Source of the DNA: Leucoraja erinacea
Taxonomy: Eukaryota
Length of the DNA: 64,000 nt
Assembly: GCF_028641065.1 (NCBI RefSeq)
Contig: NC_073391.1
Coordinates: 5,642,001-5,706,000, forward strand
Direction of reading: 5' to 3'
Shown here: one piece after another, positions 35,744 through 48,970 of the stretch
How positions within the stretch are numbered: position 1 is the first letter of the stretch
How the letters are laid out: each line of letters opens with the position of its first letter
The notes under the pieces: generated by a model
The model's database searches: none
Told to the model about the DNA's origin: nothing
What the model saw: the letters and a program-made list of their open reading frames with translations, nothing else
Position numbers and translations under genes: made by a program

Positions 35744-36385
35744 TGGGCCTGCCCCTCTTTGGCGATTTTTCAACGGACTGCCACCGACTGCCAAGTTGCT
35801 GGCAGTCGCTTGAAAAATAGGCAACTGGAACGGCGACTGTCAGAATGGAACACACACACACACACAACGCTCCCTTCACCAGCCCGTTATGCAGGTGGTG
35901 GGCAGGGCAAGTGGGGGGAGCACTGTCTAAAATATTCACACGGTGCAAAACCAAGATGAACCAGACACACACCAGATGAACAGGAAGGTTGGCGCAGTAA
36001 AAAGACAGCATAAGCACAGTGTACGGTAAGTCCTTTAAAAGAGGTGGGGTGGGGGGGGGGGGGGCGGGGGGGGCTACAACCTACGAGAACCTCCGAGAAC
36101 CTTCGACCTCCTGGCAACCGACTAAGACCTCCTGGCGACCCACCTAAGGCACGAGAATTCTCGCTACTCTCCATGGCGGCTTCATTCTAGTTGTCGCTAA
36201 TTTTTCAACATGTTGAATAATTCACGGCGACCATAATGAGGCTGTGGCTCGTTCCCAGAATGAGGGAACTCCTCGCGACCATGAAGGCGACTCCCCGGCA
36301 ACCACCCGCGAACATGTGGTGACCATGTGGTGAATGCATAGTCTCCTGCAGTCGTCTAAAAAGTCGCCTAAGTGGGACAGGCCCA
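35744..36385. mobile_element. Harbinger-type non-autonomous element
   Basis: TAA|TGGGCCTGCCCCTCTTTGGCGATTTTT ... AAAAGTCGCCTAAGTGGGACAGGCCCA. Confidence 0.8.
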
Positions 36386-36569
36386 TGTCTTTTTCTTCCC
36401 AATTTCACTGAGTTGCAGGGGTTATTTAATGCCAACAGGAATAAACATTCACTTCTAAAGCATCAAAACATCCTATTCTTGAAAAAATGAGTGTATGCTT
36501 CCATTGTGTCTCTTCTTGGCCAACCAAGTTTTCACAAGATGTAAAGATGGTTGACTTATAGTAAATTTA

Positions 36570-36863
36570 AGGGCCTGTCCACTGTGCGATGTAATTCAAG
36601 AGTTCTCCCGAGTTTTCCCTTGATTCAAACTCGGAGGATGTCTCGTAGCGGCTCATACGAGTAATGGTGTTGACATTTTTCAACACTGTAAAAAATGCCC
36701 ACGAGTAGAAATACCTACATGGTGGTGATAAAAATGGTTACTTTTTACTCGTACGAGCCGCTACGAGACATCCACGAACTCCTACGGACCCGCTACGGAC
36801 ATTCTCCGCGTTCGAATCAGGGGAAACTCCTCTTGAATTACCTCGTACAGTGGGACAGGCCCT
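36570..36863. mobile_element. PIF/Harbinger MITE with perfect TTA TSD
   Basis: TTA|AGGGCCTGTCCACTGT...ACAGTGGGACAGGCCCT|TTA; long imperfect palindrome. Confidence 0.9.
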
Positions 36864-36997
36864 TTAGGGTACGGAAGGAGGCCATTTGACCCATTGTTAC
36901 CCTGCCAGTTACCAAAATCTACCCAATCTAATGCCATCTTCCTGCATAATATGCATAGACTTGCAGGTCATTGATCCTCATATAAATATCCATGCAC

Positions 36998-37262
36998 TTT
37001 AGTTTAGTTTAGTTTAGTTTAGTTTAGTTTAGTTTAGTTTAGTTTAGTTTAGTTTAGTTTAGTTTAGTTTAGAGATAAAACGCAGAAAAAGGCCCTTTGG
37101 CCCATCCGAGTCTGTGCCGACCAGCAATCCCTGTACACTTACACTATCTTACACACACTAGGGACAATTTACAATTATACCAAATCAATTAACCCACACC
37201 CCTGTACATTGCACTACACTTTGGAGTGTGGGAAGAAACTGGAGATCGCGGAGAAAACCCAC
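36998..37262 (-). mobile_element. V-SINE 3' half with expanded (CTAAA)n tail
   Basis: (TTTAG)n at 36998-37072 followed by SINE tail and core. Confidence 0.85.
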
Positions 37263-39189
37263 TTATTAAATGTGAATCAGTTATTTACCTCCACCAACCA
37301 TTCAGGCTGTGAATTCCGGGCACAAACCATCCTCAAGGTAAAAAATAATTCCCTCAGCTCTTCATTAATCCTTGCATCCATTACTTTGGCTATTGACACC
37401 CTTGCACAAGTCTTTGCCCTCCGATTTTAGGACCTTCTCATTTACTTTATCTGCACCCCTCGTAAATGTATAGAATTCCATTTACCTTCCACTCAGCATC
37501 ATCTGTTCCAAAGAACATAACTTTATTTAATCATTCCTCAAGGTTATAACTATTGTCCTGGGATCATCCTCGTAAATTCATTCTGCATCATCTCCAGTGA
37601 AAAATCGATTGAACATCAATGAATCGTTCGGAGCTAACAAAAGCCATTGCCGCAGTTAGCAGATGAACAGATCTATTTAAACAGCAGTGCCAGCTCAGTA
37701 TAAATCTTGCCTTCTCTGTGTTTGGAATAGAAGTATCTGCAGGTTTTGTGACTGCACAATGTCTTGAAGTATTTCATCAGTGTTATACATAAAATTCTTA
37801 ATCAGCATACACACTTATATTTAGGTTAGAACATTGGGTTCAGTGTCACTGTGATGAGAACACATGCTGTTAAATGGTTATTTTGGTTTTTGCCACATCC
37901 AGCCCCACTAGCATTGAATTCCCCACAGTCCCTCCATGAGACCAGGCATTGTTCTCAAAATGCGTGGTACCATTCTCTCAAATCCAGAAGAAACAAAATG
38001 ACAGTCATGCACAACCTCAATTAATTTTGAGCTGTGGCCAAGATTTTGGGGTCCTTTAATTTCACCATTGAGCCCAGGACTGAAGGGCTCCCCTTTGCTC
38101 CTCCACAAACATTCAGCATGAAGCCACCGAGAATCGTTGAACCTTTTGCATCTCATGGTGGCAATGTTCATTAGAAGTAAATGCCGATGAGGCTTGCCTT
38201 TCACAATAGACTTGGTCTTACGGGAAAGGCAATGGATAAGCAAAGGAAACAATTGCTCTCTGTCCCTTGCCTGAGATAAAAATCCAATCCAGACTGCTGG
38301 GGCCAGTCGTAAAACCGTCTGATCAGTGCTTCTGAACCAATTTGGATGCATTGATTCTTCCTAATAGTAGCACTTATTAGTGATGATTGTTCTCAACACC
38401 AGAAATGTAACCATTTTTTTAAAGTCACTTTTATTTCAATTCCTCTCTCTCCTCTCTCTAACAGGAAAACGTGCTAATTCAAACTCAGCCAGTTCACGTT
38501 GTAAATATAATGTAAAACTTCTCAAAATTAAACATTGCCACTGTGTATAATTCCATGGTTATGTACAATATTCCTGTGGTTTATATGCTCATGGAAGCAA
38601 GTTTTGCTTTGTACATTAGTTGTCAGCAAGGCATAGAAATAACGCATGGACCTCATTAAATTAATGGCTTCATTCTTTTCAGTTGTAGCAGTAAAATATA
38701 TCTGCACAAGAAATAAGGTGAAATAAGTTATGCTAGAATATGATATATTAGCTACATTGTCTATCATGGACTATTTTTGATACTGCTATATTGGAGACAA
38801 TTACAAAAGATGCCACATAACATCTGTGGTAATAAAACATGCCTACTGCTGATTCAGCATGCAAATATATAACTAATTCATGGTTTAAATCCATGTAGGC
38901 GCTATAGTCTGAAGATGTATATCTTATGCATGCACGCTCTAAATAGGAGCACATTTCTGGAGCATTACATGTGCCCCCAGCCAACAGTCCTTCAGAAGCT
39001 GTGGAGTTCGCTGGCTGATGAAACATCTCATACATCAGATTGGCTTAGTAGAAGAAGGGGATCTTTACGAACTTTTCCTGTGGGTTTCTGAAGGTCTTGT
39101 TGAAGATTGCCCATAGGAGGAGGAATGTCTTGCACTCAGATGATGATTTGGGTGATGCAGCATACCTGGGACAAATGCTCCCAGGAGGC

Positions 39190-39597
39190 AGTGGCCTTGA
39201 GAGGCCGGGGGGCTGCTCCCCGTGGCCAGACTCAGGGTCAGCGCCGCCATGCTATCAGGTGGTGGTTAAGGACTGGTGCCAGCGGTTGTTGCAAGGACCG
39301 GTGGTCAAGGACGGGCCGACAGAGGATGCCGGAGGTCAGACGGGTGCCGGACGCATCGCAAGAACAAAGAGGGACCTAGCATGTGGGGAGGGGGGGTAAC
39401 TGCCGAGAGAACAAAGGGCGTCCTGGTGTATGGGGAAGGGGGGGGTGCCGGAAACTAAGGGGGACTTTGTAACTGTGTTGGCGCCCTGTACAGTGTGAGG
39501 CGACTTTTTCTATGCTTGTGTAGGTAAACAAAGAATCTCACCGTGATATGCCACATGTGATAATAAAGTTTCATCCATCCATTTATTCATTCATTCA
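39190..39597 (+). mobile_element. GC-rich retroposon fragment with Rex1-type tail (subfamily D)
   Basis: Ends TCTCAC-CGTG-ATATGC-CACA-TGTGATAATAAA with (CATT/CATC)n; 5' boundary uncertain. Confidence 0.5.
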
Positions 39598-40462
39598 AGA
39601 TCAGTCACTGGATGGAGAGCTTCAAGAAAGTTAATGCTTTTACACAAACTCTAAAGGCCAAACACAATTCTTAGCATTTGCACTGCGACCACTACCACAA
39701 GAACGTGTTAACATTTTTTTCACATTACGCATTATTGCATCCTTCACACTGCCCTTCACTCCTCAGACATATCCGACAACACTTTAGATACCTGAAGCAT
39801 CAGACGTGCACATGCAGAGTTCCCAATGGACTAATTTATGCTCATCTTCCTTTCTCTTCCAGGTCTTGACTAGGTCTGTATAGAGTTACGTAACTTGAGG
39901 AAGCACTTCTGGCTATTCTCATGAGGGCAGTGACCACAATCAGATCAGGCACATCTTGACTCGAGCTCCAGCTTCTTGCTTTTCATTACATCCAGTGTTT
40001 GGTTTGGTGGAACAATCAATCTCCTTTTGGAACTTAATCCCAAGAGATCCACATCTCCACTGCATACATGGCTGTACCTCTGACTTCCCGCCGGAGATGA
40101 ATAACGTTCTATCATATCGTATCGTACTCCCACCTGCCCCACCTGCAGATACTGCCGAGGGCACCAAATGCAACTCGGAGAATGTGCCAAATATACAGCT
40201 ATTCCTGATCGATAATTCACAAACCTTTACTTGAGGGCATGCTCAATGTGATTTGACCATAAAGATCTCCTCTAGTGGGCACAGATACTGCATCAAAATC
40301 TTCTAAGCGTTATGATTCCATGCTCACTGGAGTGAAGATATACCTCACCGTCATTCCCTGTCTGTGTGACATCTTAAGAAAACCAAAGGTCCACCTTGCC
40401 TTTGGTAAAAAAAGGAGGAAGAGAGAAATTGAAATGATGTCCATTATTGCACCAAAAGGGCA

Positions 40463-40668
40463 CCATAGAGTCATAGAGTGGTACAGTGTGAAAACAGGCC
40501 CTTCGGCCCAACTCGCCCACACTGGCCAACAATGTCCCAGCTACACTAGTCCCACTTGCCTGCGCTTGGTCCATAATCCTCCAAACCTGTCCTATCCATG
40601 TACCTGTCCAACTGTTCCTAGCCTCAACTACCTCCTCTGGCAGCTTGTTCCATATACCCACCACCAAC
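40463..40668 (-). mobile_element. CR1 (HER1-like) 3' tail
   Basis: (CTCTATGA)n tail and GGGCCGAAGGGCCTGTTTT. Confidence 0.8.
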
Positions 40669-41789
40669 TCAAAGACTGTAGTCATATGTAACTTGGAGGG
40701 CAGAGTAGGATGCAACTTCAATACCTTTACAAAGATGATGTCTCACAATGAAGGTGGACTCACCTTCTCACCACTTTAGAAGTGATATATCCAGCAAAAC
40801 ATCATCCTCATCATGTCTGATTAGAAAGTCTTAAATAGGTCATAATTACCAGTGTACTGCAGGTATCGTCAAATTTTAATGCTGGATATGTAGCTGCATT
40901 TTCCACAGATATATTATGCATTGAAGAAAAATACAACATGAACTGCAAAATTTTCCTTAGTGTATAACTTTCTTTGATATCAAATGTAAATAGTGTTTGT
41001 AACATCATACCTGATAAAAGGCCAGAACAATAAGAAGATGTGATTTATGATATTTAACTGAATCTGATTTATTTCTGTTTAGAAATATTATCAGGAGTTT
41101 TATTACACAATCTGTAGCTTCATTTGTAATGCTTGTACATTGAGTTTAGCGCCTCGGGACATTGACTTAATGGATAATACTTCTGCTATTACTTGACATT
41201 AAAATTACATGCTGCAATAATGACATTTGAGAGAGACACGTACTCTTGCGAATGTAATCTATGATTTATTACCAAACCATAACTTGGTGCAGAAGAATTT
41301 CTTATATTTTACACTGCTTAGGAAAGTGTGTGAACTGTTCTTCTTTTTATATGAATATCAAATTATGGAATCTTGATACACTTAGTAAAAAATCTTTACC
41401 ATTATTGTAATGCCTCCATTTCCGGCACAAAAGTATATTATTTTCAGCATATTGAAGGATATAGCAAATACATTTTTCTCAAGTGCAGACTTTTATTTTG
41501 CCCAAGGCAGCTCTTAATTAGACTATTTATTGCAAATGGCAATGAGAAATTAAACACAACACATGCAGAGTTTTAGTTTGTTGATTTGGTATGAATTGCA
41601 GAAGAGCTGTAGTCCTTAACAAATCATTAACCCAGAGAAACAACCAATTTACAAATTGCTCACATTATATCATTGTAAACTCTTTTATTTAGGCTCAGCA
41701 TGAGAACAGTGACTAATTGATGACAGTGGTGTGCAAAATTATGTTGATCCTGTCAAATTTAGGAAATCAGACACAGGGAACCATTAAAA

Positions 41790-42121
41790 AAAAAACAAAG
41801 TGCTGGAGTAACTCAACGGGTCAGGCAACATAATTGTAATAAAAAGGATCTGCAGATGCTGGTTTATGCCAACACAGTGACAAAAAGCTGGAGTAACTCA
41901 ACGGGTCAGGCAGCATCTCCAGAGACATGGATAGGTGACGTTTTGGGTCAGCACCATTCTTCAGATTAATTGTAGGAGGGGTGAGAAAGGTGGAAGAGAG
42001 GTAGGGGCATTCAAGGTGTGGAAAGTGATAGCTGGCTACAGGTGAGGGGGACGGGGGTGGGGGAGGTGGGTGGGAGGGCGGGGGGGTGGAGGGATCGGGG
42101 GGGTGGAGGGATCGCGGAGGT

Positions 42122-42159
<38 letters not shown>

Positions 42160-42280
42160 CGGTAGGCTGGGGGGGGGGGGGGGGGGGGGTGTGATACATG
42201 GATAAGCTAAGGCCAGTGATGAAAAGACATAAAGAGTGAGATGAGGAGATAAGGACAGAAGGGGTGTGAAACATGAAAAG
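41790..42280 (-). mobile_element. PLE 3' UTR and tandem pLTR
   Basis: pLTR segment repeated (41795-41828, 41885-41965); G-rich tract. Confidence 0.7.
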
Positions 42281-43043
42281 GGCTGTCCATTGAAGAAAGA
42301 TGTGCAGTTGGACCATTGCTCATTGGGGTTTAGAAAAATGAAAGATAACTTTATTGAAACAGGTAAGATTCTGTTGGGGTTTGTGATGGTCGGTGCTGAG
42401 AGATGTTTCTGCTCATGAACAATTTCAGAACAAAAAGTTACCCATTTAAGATGGAAATGGAAATGGAAATGCAAGTGCCATGAATCATTTGAATCCTCCA
42501 CTCAAGATAGTTGAAGGCTGTATCATTGAATATACTCACGGCCAAGGTGGACAGATTGTTGGTTTATGAGGAAATGAAGAGTTGTGGGGAACTGGCAGGA
42601 GGATGGAGGAGAGGTCTAGGTTAAATCAGGCATCATTGTGTTGTATGATGGAGAAGGCTTGAGAGGCATAAGGTGTAAGGTTGCTTCTCTCAAGTTCCTA
42701 TATCTGATCTCTGGGATCAGCTGAGGGCCAGGAGACAGGAACCAGAGACTCAGGGATCAAACTGGGCCAACGCAGTCTGGGGTCTATGTCCAGATCCAGA
42801 ACCATATCTAGCTGTCGGCATGTTATTGTATTACACTGAGTAACTATATTATTGGAAATAGGGCTGCAATTGTATAATATGGATGCATCACTGGTTTGCC
42901 ATTTAACAGTGTGATACAGTACTGATTTAGTTTATTGTCACGTGTACCGAGGTACATTGAAAAGCTTTTGTTGCGTGCTAACCCATCAGCGGAAAGATAA
43001 TACATAATTACAATCAGGCCATTCACAATGTACAGGTACATGA

Positions 43044-44836
43044 TAGAAACATAGAAACATAGAAATTAGGTGCAGGAGTAGGCCATTCAGCCCTTTGAGC
43101 CTGCACCGCCATTCAATATTATCATGGCTGATCATCCAATCACAGTATCCCGTACCTGCCTTCTCTCCACACCTTCTGATCCCCTTAGCCACAAGGGCCG
43201 CATCTAACTCCCTCTTAAATATAGCCAATGAACTGGCCTCAACTACCCTCTGTGACAGAGAGTTCCAGAGATTCACCACTCTCTGTGTGAAAAAAGTACT
43301 TCTCATCTCGGTTTTAAAGGATTTCCCCCTTATCCTTAAGCTGTGACCCCTTGTCCTGGACTTCCCCAACATTGGGCACAATCTTCCTGCATCTAGCCTG
43401 TCCAACCCCTTAAGATTTTGTAAGTTTCTATAAGATCCCCTCTCAATCTCCTAAATTCTAGAGAGTATAAACCAAGTCTATCCAGTCTTTCTTCATAAGA
43501 CAGTCCTCACATCCCAGGAACCAGTCTGGTGAACCTTCTCTGCACTCCCTCTATGGCAATAATGTCTTTCCTCAGATTTGGAGACCAAAACTGTGCGCAA
43601 TACTCCAGGTGTGGTCTCACCAAGACCCTGTACAACTACAGTAGAACCTCCCTGCTCCTATACTCAAATCTTTTTGCTATGAAAGCCAACATACCATTCG
43701 CTTTCTTTACTGCCTGCTGCACCTGCCTGCCTACCTTCAATGACTGGTGTACCATGACACCCAGGTCTTGCTGCATCTCCGTCTCCGGTAGGCGGCGTGG
43801 CTCTGGCTAGCAGCGGCCTCTGCAGCCTGTCCGCGTTTTATTATTTTTGTCTGTGTTTTTATGTAGTTTTTGTTATTTTATGTTGGGGTGTGTGGGAGGG
43901 GGGGGGAAACTTTTGAATCTTTCCCTGCACTGGAGACCCGACCTTTTTCTCGTCGGGTTTCCGTTGTCGTTGAGGCCGCAACGAGGAGCGGCCTCCAACG
44001 GGAAGAAGCCGGGGACTCTGGTGCCGACTCACCGTTGCCGTCGCGGAGCTGGCCGAGACCGGAGCGGGTGGAGCGGTGGAGGAGCGCTGCTGCTGCTGCT
44101 GCTGCTGCTGCCGCTGCTGCTGCTGCTGCTGCTGCTGCCGATGCCGCTGCTGCTGCTGAGTCGGAGGCTGCTACTGCGGGTCTGCGGACGGCGACACCGG
44201 GAGCCCGCGGATCCCTGGAGGGAGACCGCTTTTCGGGGCTCCTGCAACGGCGAATTCTCCCGCCCGTGTTGCGGGGTTGAAGAGCTCCTGGAGCGGGGCT
44301 AACATCACTGCCCCGCGCGGCTGGAATGGCCGCGGGACTTTGCGAGCGCACACCGGGGTCTCTAACACCAAGACCCAGTGTGCGACCTCGCACCACCCGG
44401 CGTGGCTTCAATGGCCGCGGGACAATTGCCATCGCCAGCCGGGGGCTTTGACTTTGACTCTGACATCGGGGGGGGGGGGGGAGAGATAGTTTTTTTTGGC
44501 CTTCCATCACCATGTGATGGATGTTTATGTAAAATGAATTATGTTGTGTCTGGGGTCTATTTGTGTGTAATGTATGGCTGCAGAAACGGCATTTCGTTTG
44601 GACCTCCAGGGGTCCAAATGACAATTAAATTGACTCTTGACTCTTGACTTGATCTCCCCGTTCCCAATCGGCCACCATTTAGATAATAGTCTGCTTTCCC
44701 GTTTTTGCCACCAAAATGGATAACCTCACATTTATCCACATTATACTGTATCTGACAAACATTTGCCCACTCACCCAACCTATCCAAGTCACCTTGCCGT
44801 CTCCTAGTATCCTCCTCACAGCTAACACTGCCCCCC
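43044..44836 (-). mobile_element. Young CR1 3' fragment interrupted by a GC-rich retroposon
   Basis: Near-identical to 11474-12395; resumes at 44652. Confidence 0.9.
43781..44651 (+). mobile_element. GC-rich non-coding retroposon (subfamily B) with ATCTCC TSD
   Basis: Interrupts CR1 at GCATCTCC|..|ATCTCCCC; internal (CTG)n; (CTCTTGA)n tail. Confidence 0.9.
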
Positions 44837-45339
44837 TATGATAATAGGAATAACGTGAGTACTGTTTACACCAAGATAAATCTAGTAAAGTCTGATCAAA
44901 GATAGTCCGAAGGTCCCAATGAGTTACTATCGGACCATCTTCCAATCAGTCTTTGCTGGCTTTACCTTGCACTAAAGATTATTCCTTTATCATGTATCTA
45001 CACACTGTAAAATGGATCGATTGTAATCATGTATTGTCTTTCTGCTGACGGGATAGCATGCACCAAAAACTCTTTACTGTACCTCGGTACACGTGACAAT
45101 AAACTAAACTGAACTGAACTGAACTGGATAATTGTCAGTGTACAGTACAGAGCCAACGAAATGCATTGCAGAGACAACGAAAGGTTTTATTCATCTGTTT
45201 TGTGGGCACTGCTTGTTTTGATCCTATGTCTTCAACACATGAAGGCCCTGCTGCATATAGGAACATCACTGAGCATCAGGCTGGCTTGGTTCCGATTGAT
45301 AATAGTGTTTGCTGTAGAAGGCAAGATGCTTCCTGGATA

Positions 45340-46800
45340 TTCTGGGACTGATCTCCTCACCATTGAAGGGATCATCAGCAAGTGCTGCCTCCAAAAAGGA
45401 AGGTAATATCATGAAAGACACAAAATGCTGGAGTATCTCAGCGGGAAATTCATCATCTCTGGAGAGAAGGAATGGGTAACGTTTCGGATTGAGACCCTTC
45501 TTCAGACTGAGAGTCAGGGGAGGGGGGGATACAGAGATAAGGAAGTGTAAGGTGTGAGAACAAGACATCAAAGGGGGTGGAAATCAAAGAAAATTTAGAA
45601 TAGATCATTGTTAGTTAAATGTAATCGGGGACAGTCAGACTGGTGGGAGAACTGGGAACGGGGAGGGATGGAGACAGAGGGAAAGCAAGGGTTACTTGAG
45701 GTTAGAGAAGTAAATGTTCATACCGCTGGGGTGTAAGCTGCCCAATGAAATATGAGGTGCTGTTCCTTCAATTTGCGCTGGGTCTCACTCTGACAATGGA
45801 GGAGGCTCAGGACAGAAAGGTCAGATTGGGAATGGGAGGGGAAGTTAAAGTGTTTAGCAACCGGGAGATCAGGTAGGTTTAGGCAGACTGAGCTAAACTA
45901 CTCCTGGTTGGTAGTGTCCATTGTCAGAGTGAGGCCCAGCGCAAACAATGATCTATTCTGCATTTTCCTTGATCTCCATCCACTTTGATGTTTCGTTCTC
46001 ACCCCTTACACATCCTTATCTCTGTATAGTCATATAGAGTCAGAGAGTGATAAAGTGTGGAAACAGGCCCTTCGGCCCAAGTTGCCCACACCTGCCAACA
46101 TGCCCCAGCTACATTGGTCCCATCTGCCTGCACTTGGTCCATATCCCTCCAAACTTGTACTATCCATGTACCTCGTTGCATTTTGTTGTCTCTGTACTGT
46201 ACACTGACAATGACAATTAAAAATTATAAATTGAATCTGTACCTGTCTAACTGTTTCTTAAATGTTGGGCTAGTCCTAGCCTCAGCTACCTCCTCTGGCA
46301 GCTTGTTCCAAACACCCACCGCCCTTTACCTTCCTCCCCCCTGACTCTCAGCACTTTGTGTTGATCTTCGGTTTAAACCGGCATCTGTAGTTCCTTCCTA
46401 CAAATATCATGAAAGACAAACACCACCCTGGCCACGCTCTCATCTCGCTGCTACCAGAATGGGTGACGTTTCGGATTGAGACCCTTCTTCATAACGAAAG
46501 AGGAACTTGTGAACCATTAACATGGCTTGAAGTACAGCCTCGGCCCACCTCTTGAACCACCAGCATATCCATAACCACAACCCGACCTCAGCTACAATCT
46601 ACTATGGACATTGTTTATGTTGCACTACATATTTTGGTTTACACTTTCACCGTCTGGTTATCTACTACAATTGATCATTTATAATATTATTGATTATTGT
46701 ATTTGTTGTGCTGTTGCGTTAATGTGACTGTTGATCTGCAGAAAGTGAGAATACCATTATTCCATACCCAGTGTACACGACTAATAAAAACACACTTGAC
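45340..46800 (+). mobile_element. Old Rex1/Babar 3' fragment interrupted by a PLE
   Basis: GTDLLTIEGI..CLQK..NIMKD joins HHPGHALISLLP across the insertion. Confidence 0.6.
45421..46402. mobile_element. PLE insertion with inverted arms and 16-bp TSD; CR1 tail nested at 46028-46330
   Basis: AATATCATGAAAGACA at 45405-45420 and 46403-46418; GIY-YIG C-terminus on the minus strand at 45690-45890. Confidence 0.8.
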
Positions 46801-46959
46801 TCTTTACTCTTGCAAATCTTAAAAGAAAAGCAGTTACATCAGGTGCATCGACCACAGCAATATTCCTATCATCCATCATAGATGTGTGGTGTACTGCATC
46901 TCCAACCATAATTGTTGATCTCATCTGCCCAGTTTCGCCTCTGTTTTCATCCTATGTCA

Positions 46960-47175
46960 GAGCTTTTTTGTCAGAGCACAATAAATTATATCGTTTATTG
47001 TGTTACTTTTATTCGTATGGCTGTAACAAGTCAATGGCCGTGCCGCTGTGTTTGGCTGCTTGTCGCCACTTCTTGCCGCTCCTGTTTGCCCTGACTCTGT
47101 TTGTGTCCATCTGCTCTGGTCTATACAGCGCTTTGGTCAACGTGAGTTGTTTTTAAATCTGCTTAATAAATAAAT
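46960..47175 (+). mobile_element. L2-type 3' tail
   Basis: TACAGCGCTTTGGTCAACGTGAGTTGTTTTTAAAT..AATAAA. Confidence 0.5.
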
Positions 47176-47524
47176 GTATTATATATATATTTTTTGTCAC
47201 TTCGTCATGGACTACATTACAAGGATCTAAATCATTTACACAAGATGTTTTACATTTTTTATAAATTTAAACAATATTTATTTCATTGTTTCATCTGTGC
47301 TTTGGAGGCTTCCCTCTGTTGATGGTTTCCTTGTTCATATGTTGCGATTTTCATTTTTACTGTCTTGGTGGTAATTTGCCAGAACAAATAACACCTATTC
47401 CTACCCCACCCTACGCCCCAACTCTAAGCTTTAAAACACCCTCCGCTTTTCTTTCCTTTGGCCTCAGTGAAATTCGGTGAGTTTTGTATGTAGTGAACGA
47501 ATTGCCCCATCAGTTGCGCAGTAA

Positions 47525-47753
47525 AGGGCCTGTCCCACTTGGGCGTCATTTGCGCGTGACGCGGATGTCGAGCGAAGATTTTGTACATCACAAAATCCTG
47601 GGGCGCCGCGCGCGTCACTGCCTACTTCACCACACACCATGCGCACCATGCACGCACCACGCGCGCATCACATGCGCATCACGACGCGCGCCATGACATG
47701 TAAATTATGTCGCGTAAATGACGCGCAAATGGCGCCCAAGTGGAACAGGCCCT
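47525..47753. mobile_element. PIF/Harbinger MITE (CpG-rich subfamily)
   Basis: ~33-bp TIR AGGGCCTGTCCCACTTGGGCGTCATTTGCGCGT; flanks TAA and TTA. Confidence 0.85.
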
Positions 47754-48704
47754 TTAGTATGAACAGAAATCTACCTCAGAATTTATGGATCACTGTGTGG
47801 AGAGAAGAAAATGTTAGTGGGAGGTAGAAAGTCCAAAAGGCCAGGAATACAGATGTTTGGTATAATCTCTGGACATGAGAAGTGGAACAAATATGTAATG
47901 ACTGATATGCATGGATATACTGTATTTACTGGTCTTAACCATTAACAGATATATTATCTATAAAGTACCTTCCTTTGACATTTACATTACTATTGATATG
48001 GTTCTTGAAGGACAAACAGCCACTAAAATATTGTTGCAAACTGAAACACAGCTGGGTGTAATGGTAAAACCATTTTCTGTTTCTCATAAAGTATTGAATT
48101 TCTATAATATTCAATCACGAATTTAAAGCTTTTAGTGCTGCAGAAAAATCAGCGTTACCTCTTCGTCTTTTCATGAGAAATGAAAGCTTTGTCGTGAAGC
48201 CAAAACAAGCTGAAGAGAAAGATGCAAATTATTTTAGGAAGTTATTAACTATTGCTCAAGAAAACAATCGTATGCTTGTGCAATTTTGAAATAGACACTC
48301 CTCATAATTCTAGATACCATTAAGTATTAAGTATATACATGATTTATTAAAATGCAGTTTTTATTACCAAATTTAAAATCATTAAAAATGCATGATTATA
48401 TTGTAAGCATGTTACATAACATGCATGTATTATTTATAAAGTGGTTGTTCCATTTATTTTAGCTCTAATTGTTCAGTAAAATAATGTCCCCCGTTTTGGC
48501 ATTGATTACATTGTTATGTGGTTTGTCTGTCATTCGACTCTTTCTGAGCAGCCATTTTCATTAGTGTGCAGTGCAGGCTGAGTTAGAAACCCAACTCAGA
48601 ACGCTTTGGACTTAACTGATTTGGTCTTTTGCATTCAATTCAATAGTACAATATGCAAAGAACAACAAGTAATGTTTGAACTGTTAATTGCCGGATGCCA
48701 TGTA

Positions 48705-48970
48705 GGATGACTAGTTTCATGGTCGTCTTGTTGAGTCTCATTGTCTGTAACCCGTTTTCCCCTAGCCCACACCTAACAATGGCCTGTTTCCTTTATCATC
48801 GTTACATTTTTTGCATATTTTTAATTTATTTGTTCTATACAATCTATATATCCATCTATATCTCTCATTTCCTATTCCGCTGACTCAGTCTGAAGAAGGG
48901 TCTCGACCCGAAATGTTACCTATTCCTTCTCTCCAGAGATGCTGCTAGAGTTACTCCAGCATTTTGTGCC
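48705..48970 (+). mobile_element. PLE 3' UTR and pLTR
   Basis: Consensus match. Confidence 0.8.
48886..48920 (+). ncRNA. Minimal hammerhead ribozyme motif (helix III and cleavage site mutated)
   Basis: CAGT-CTGAAGA-A-GGGT-CTCG-ACCC-GAAA-TG-TT-ACC. Confidence 0.5.

Larger units (their letters stand above)
42925..45125. mobile_element. Rex1 3' UTR fragments (minus 42925-43043 and 44837-44925; plus 44926-45125) around nested insertions
   Basis: TGTACCTCGGTACACGTGACAATAAACTAAA tails matching 53829-53880. Confidence 0.75.

Noticed and set aside
42040-42190. Poly-G tracts and proline-rich ORFs (also 9391-9457, 34075-34160)
   Set aside because: Low-complexity homopolymers within repeats, with lengths likely affected by sequencing error
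43785-43835. HDV-like ribozyme at the 5' end of the GC-rich retroposon
   Set aside because: Could not find the P1/P2 complementary strands needed for the double pseudoknot
43847-44624. Poly-Ala/Leu/Ser ORFs up to 248 aa (also 17535-18301)
   Set aside because: Translations of a (CTG)n tract in a GC-rich repeat; frames differ between the two copies
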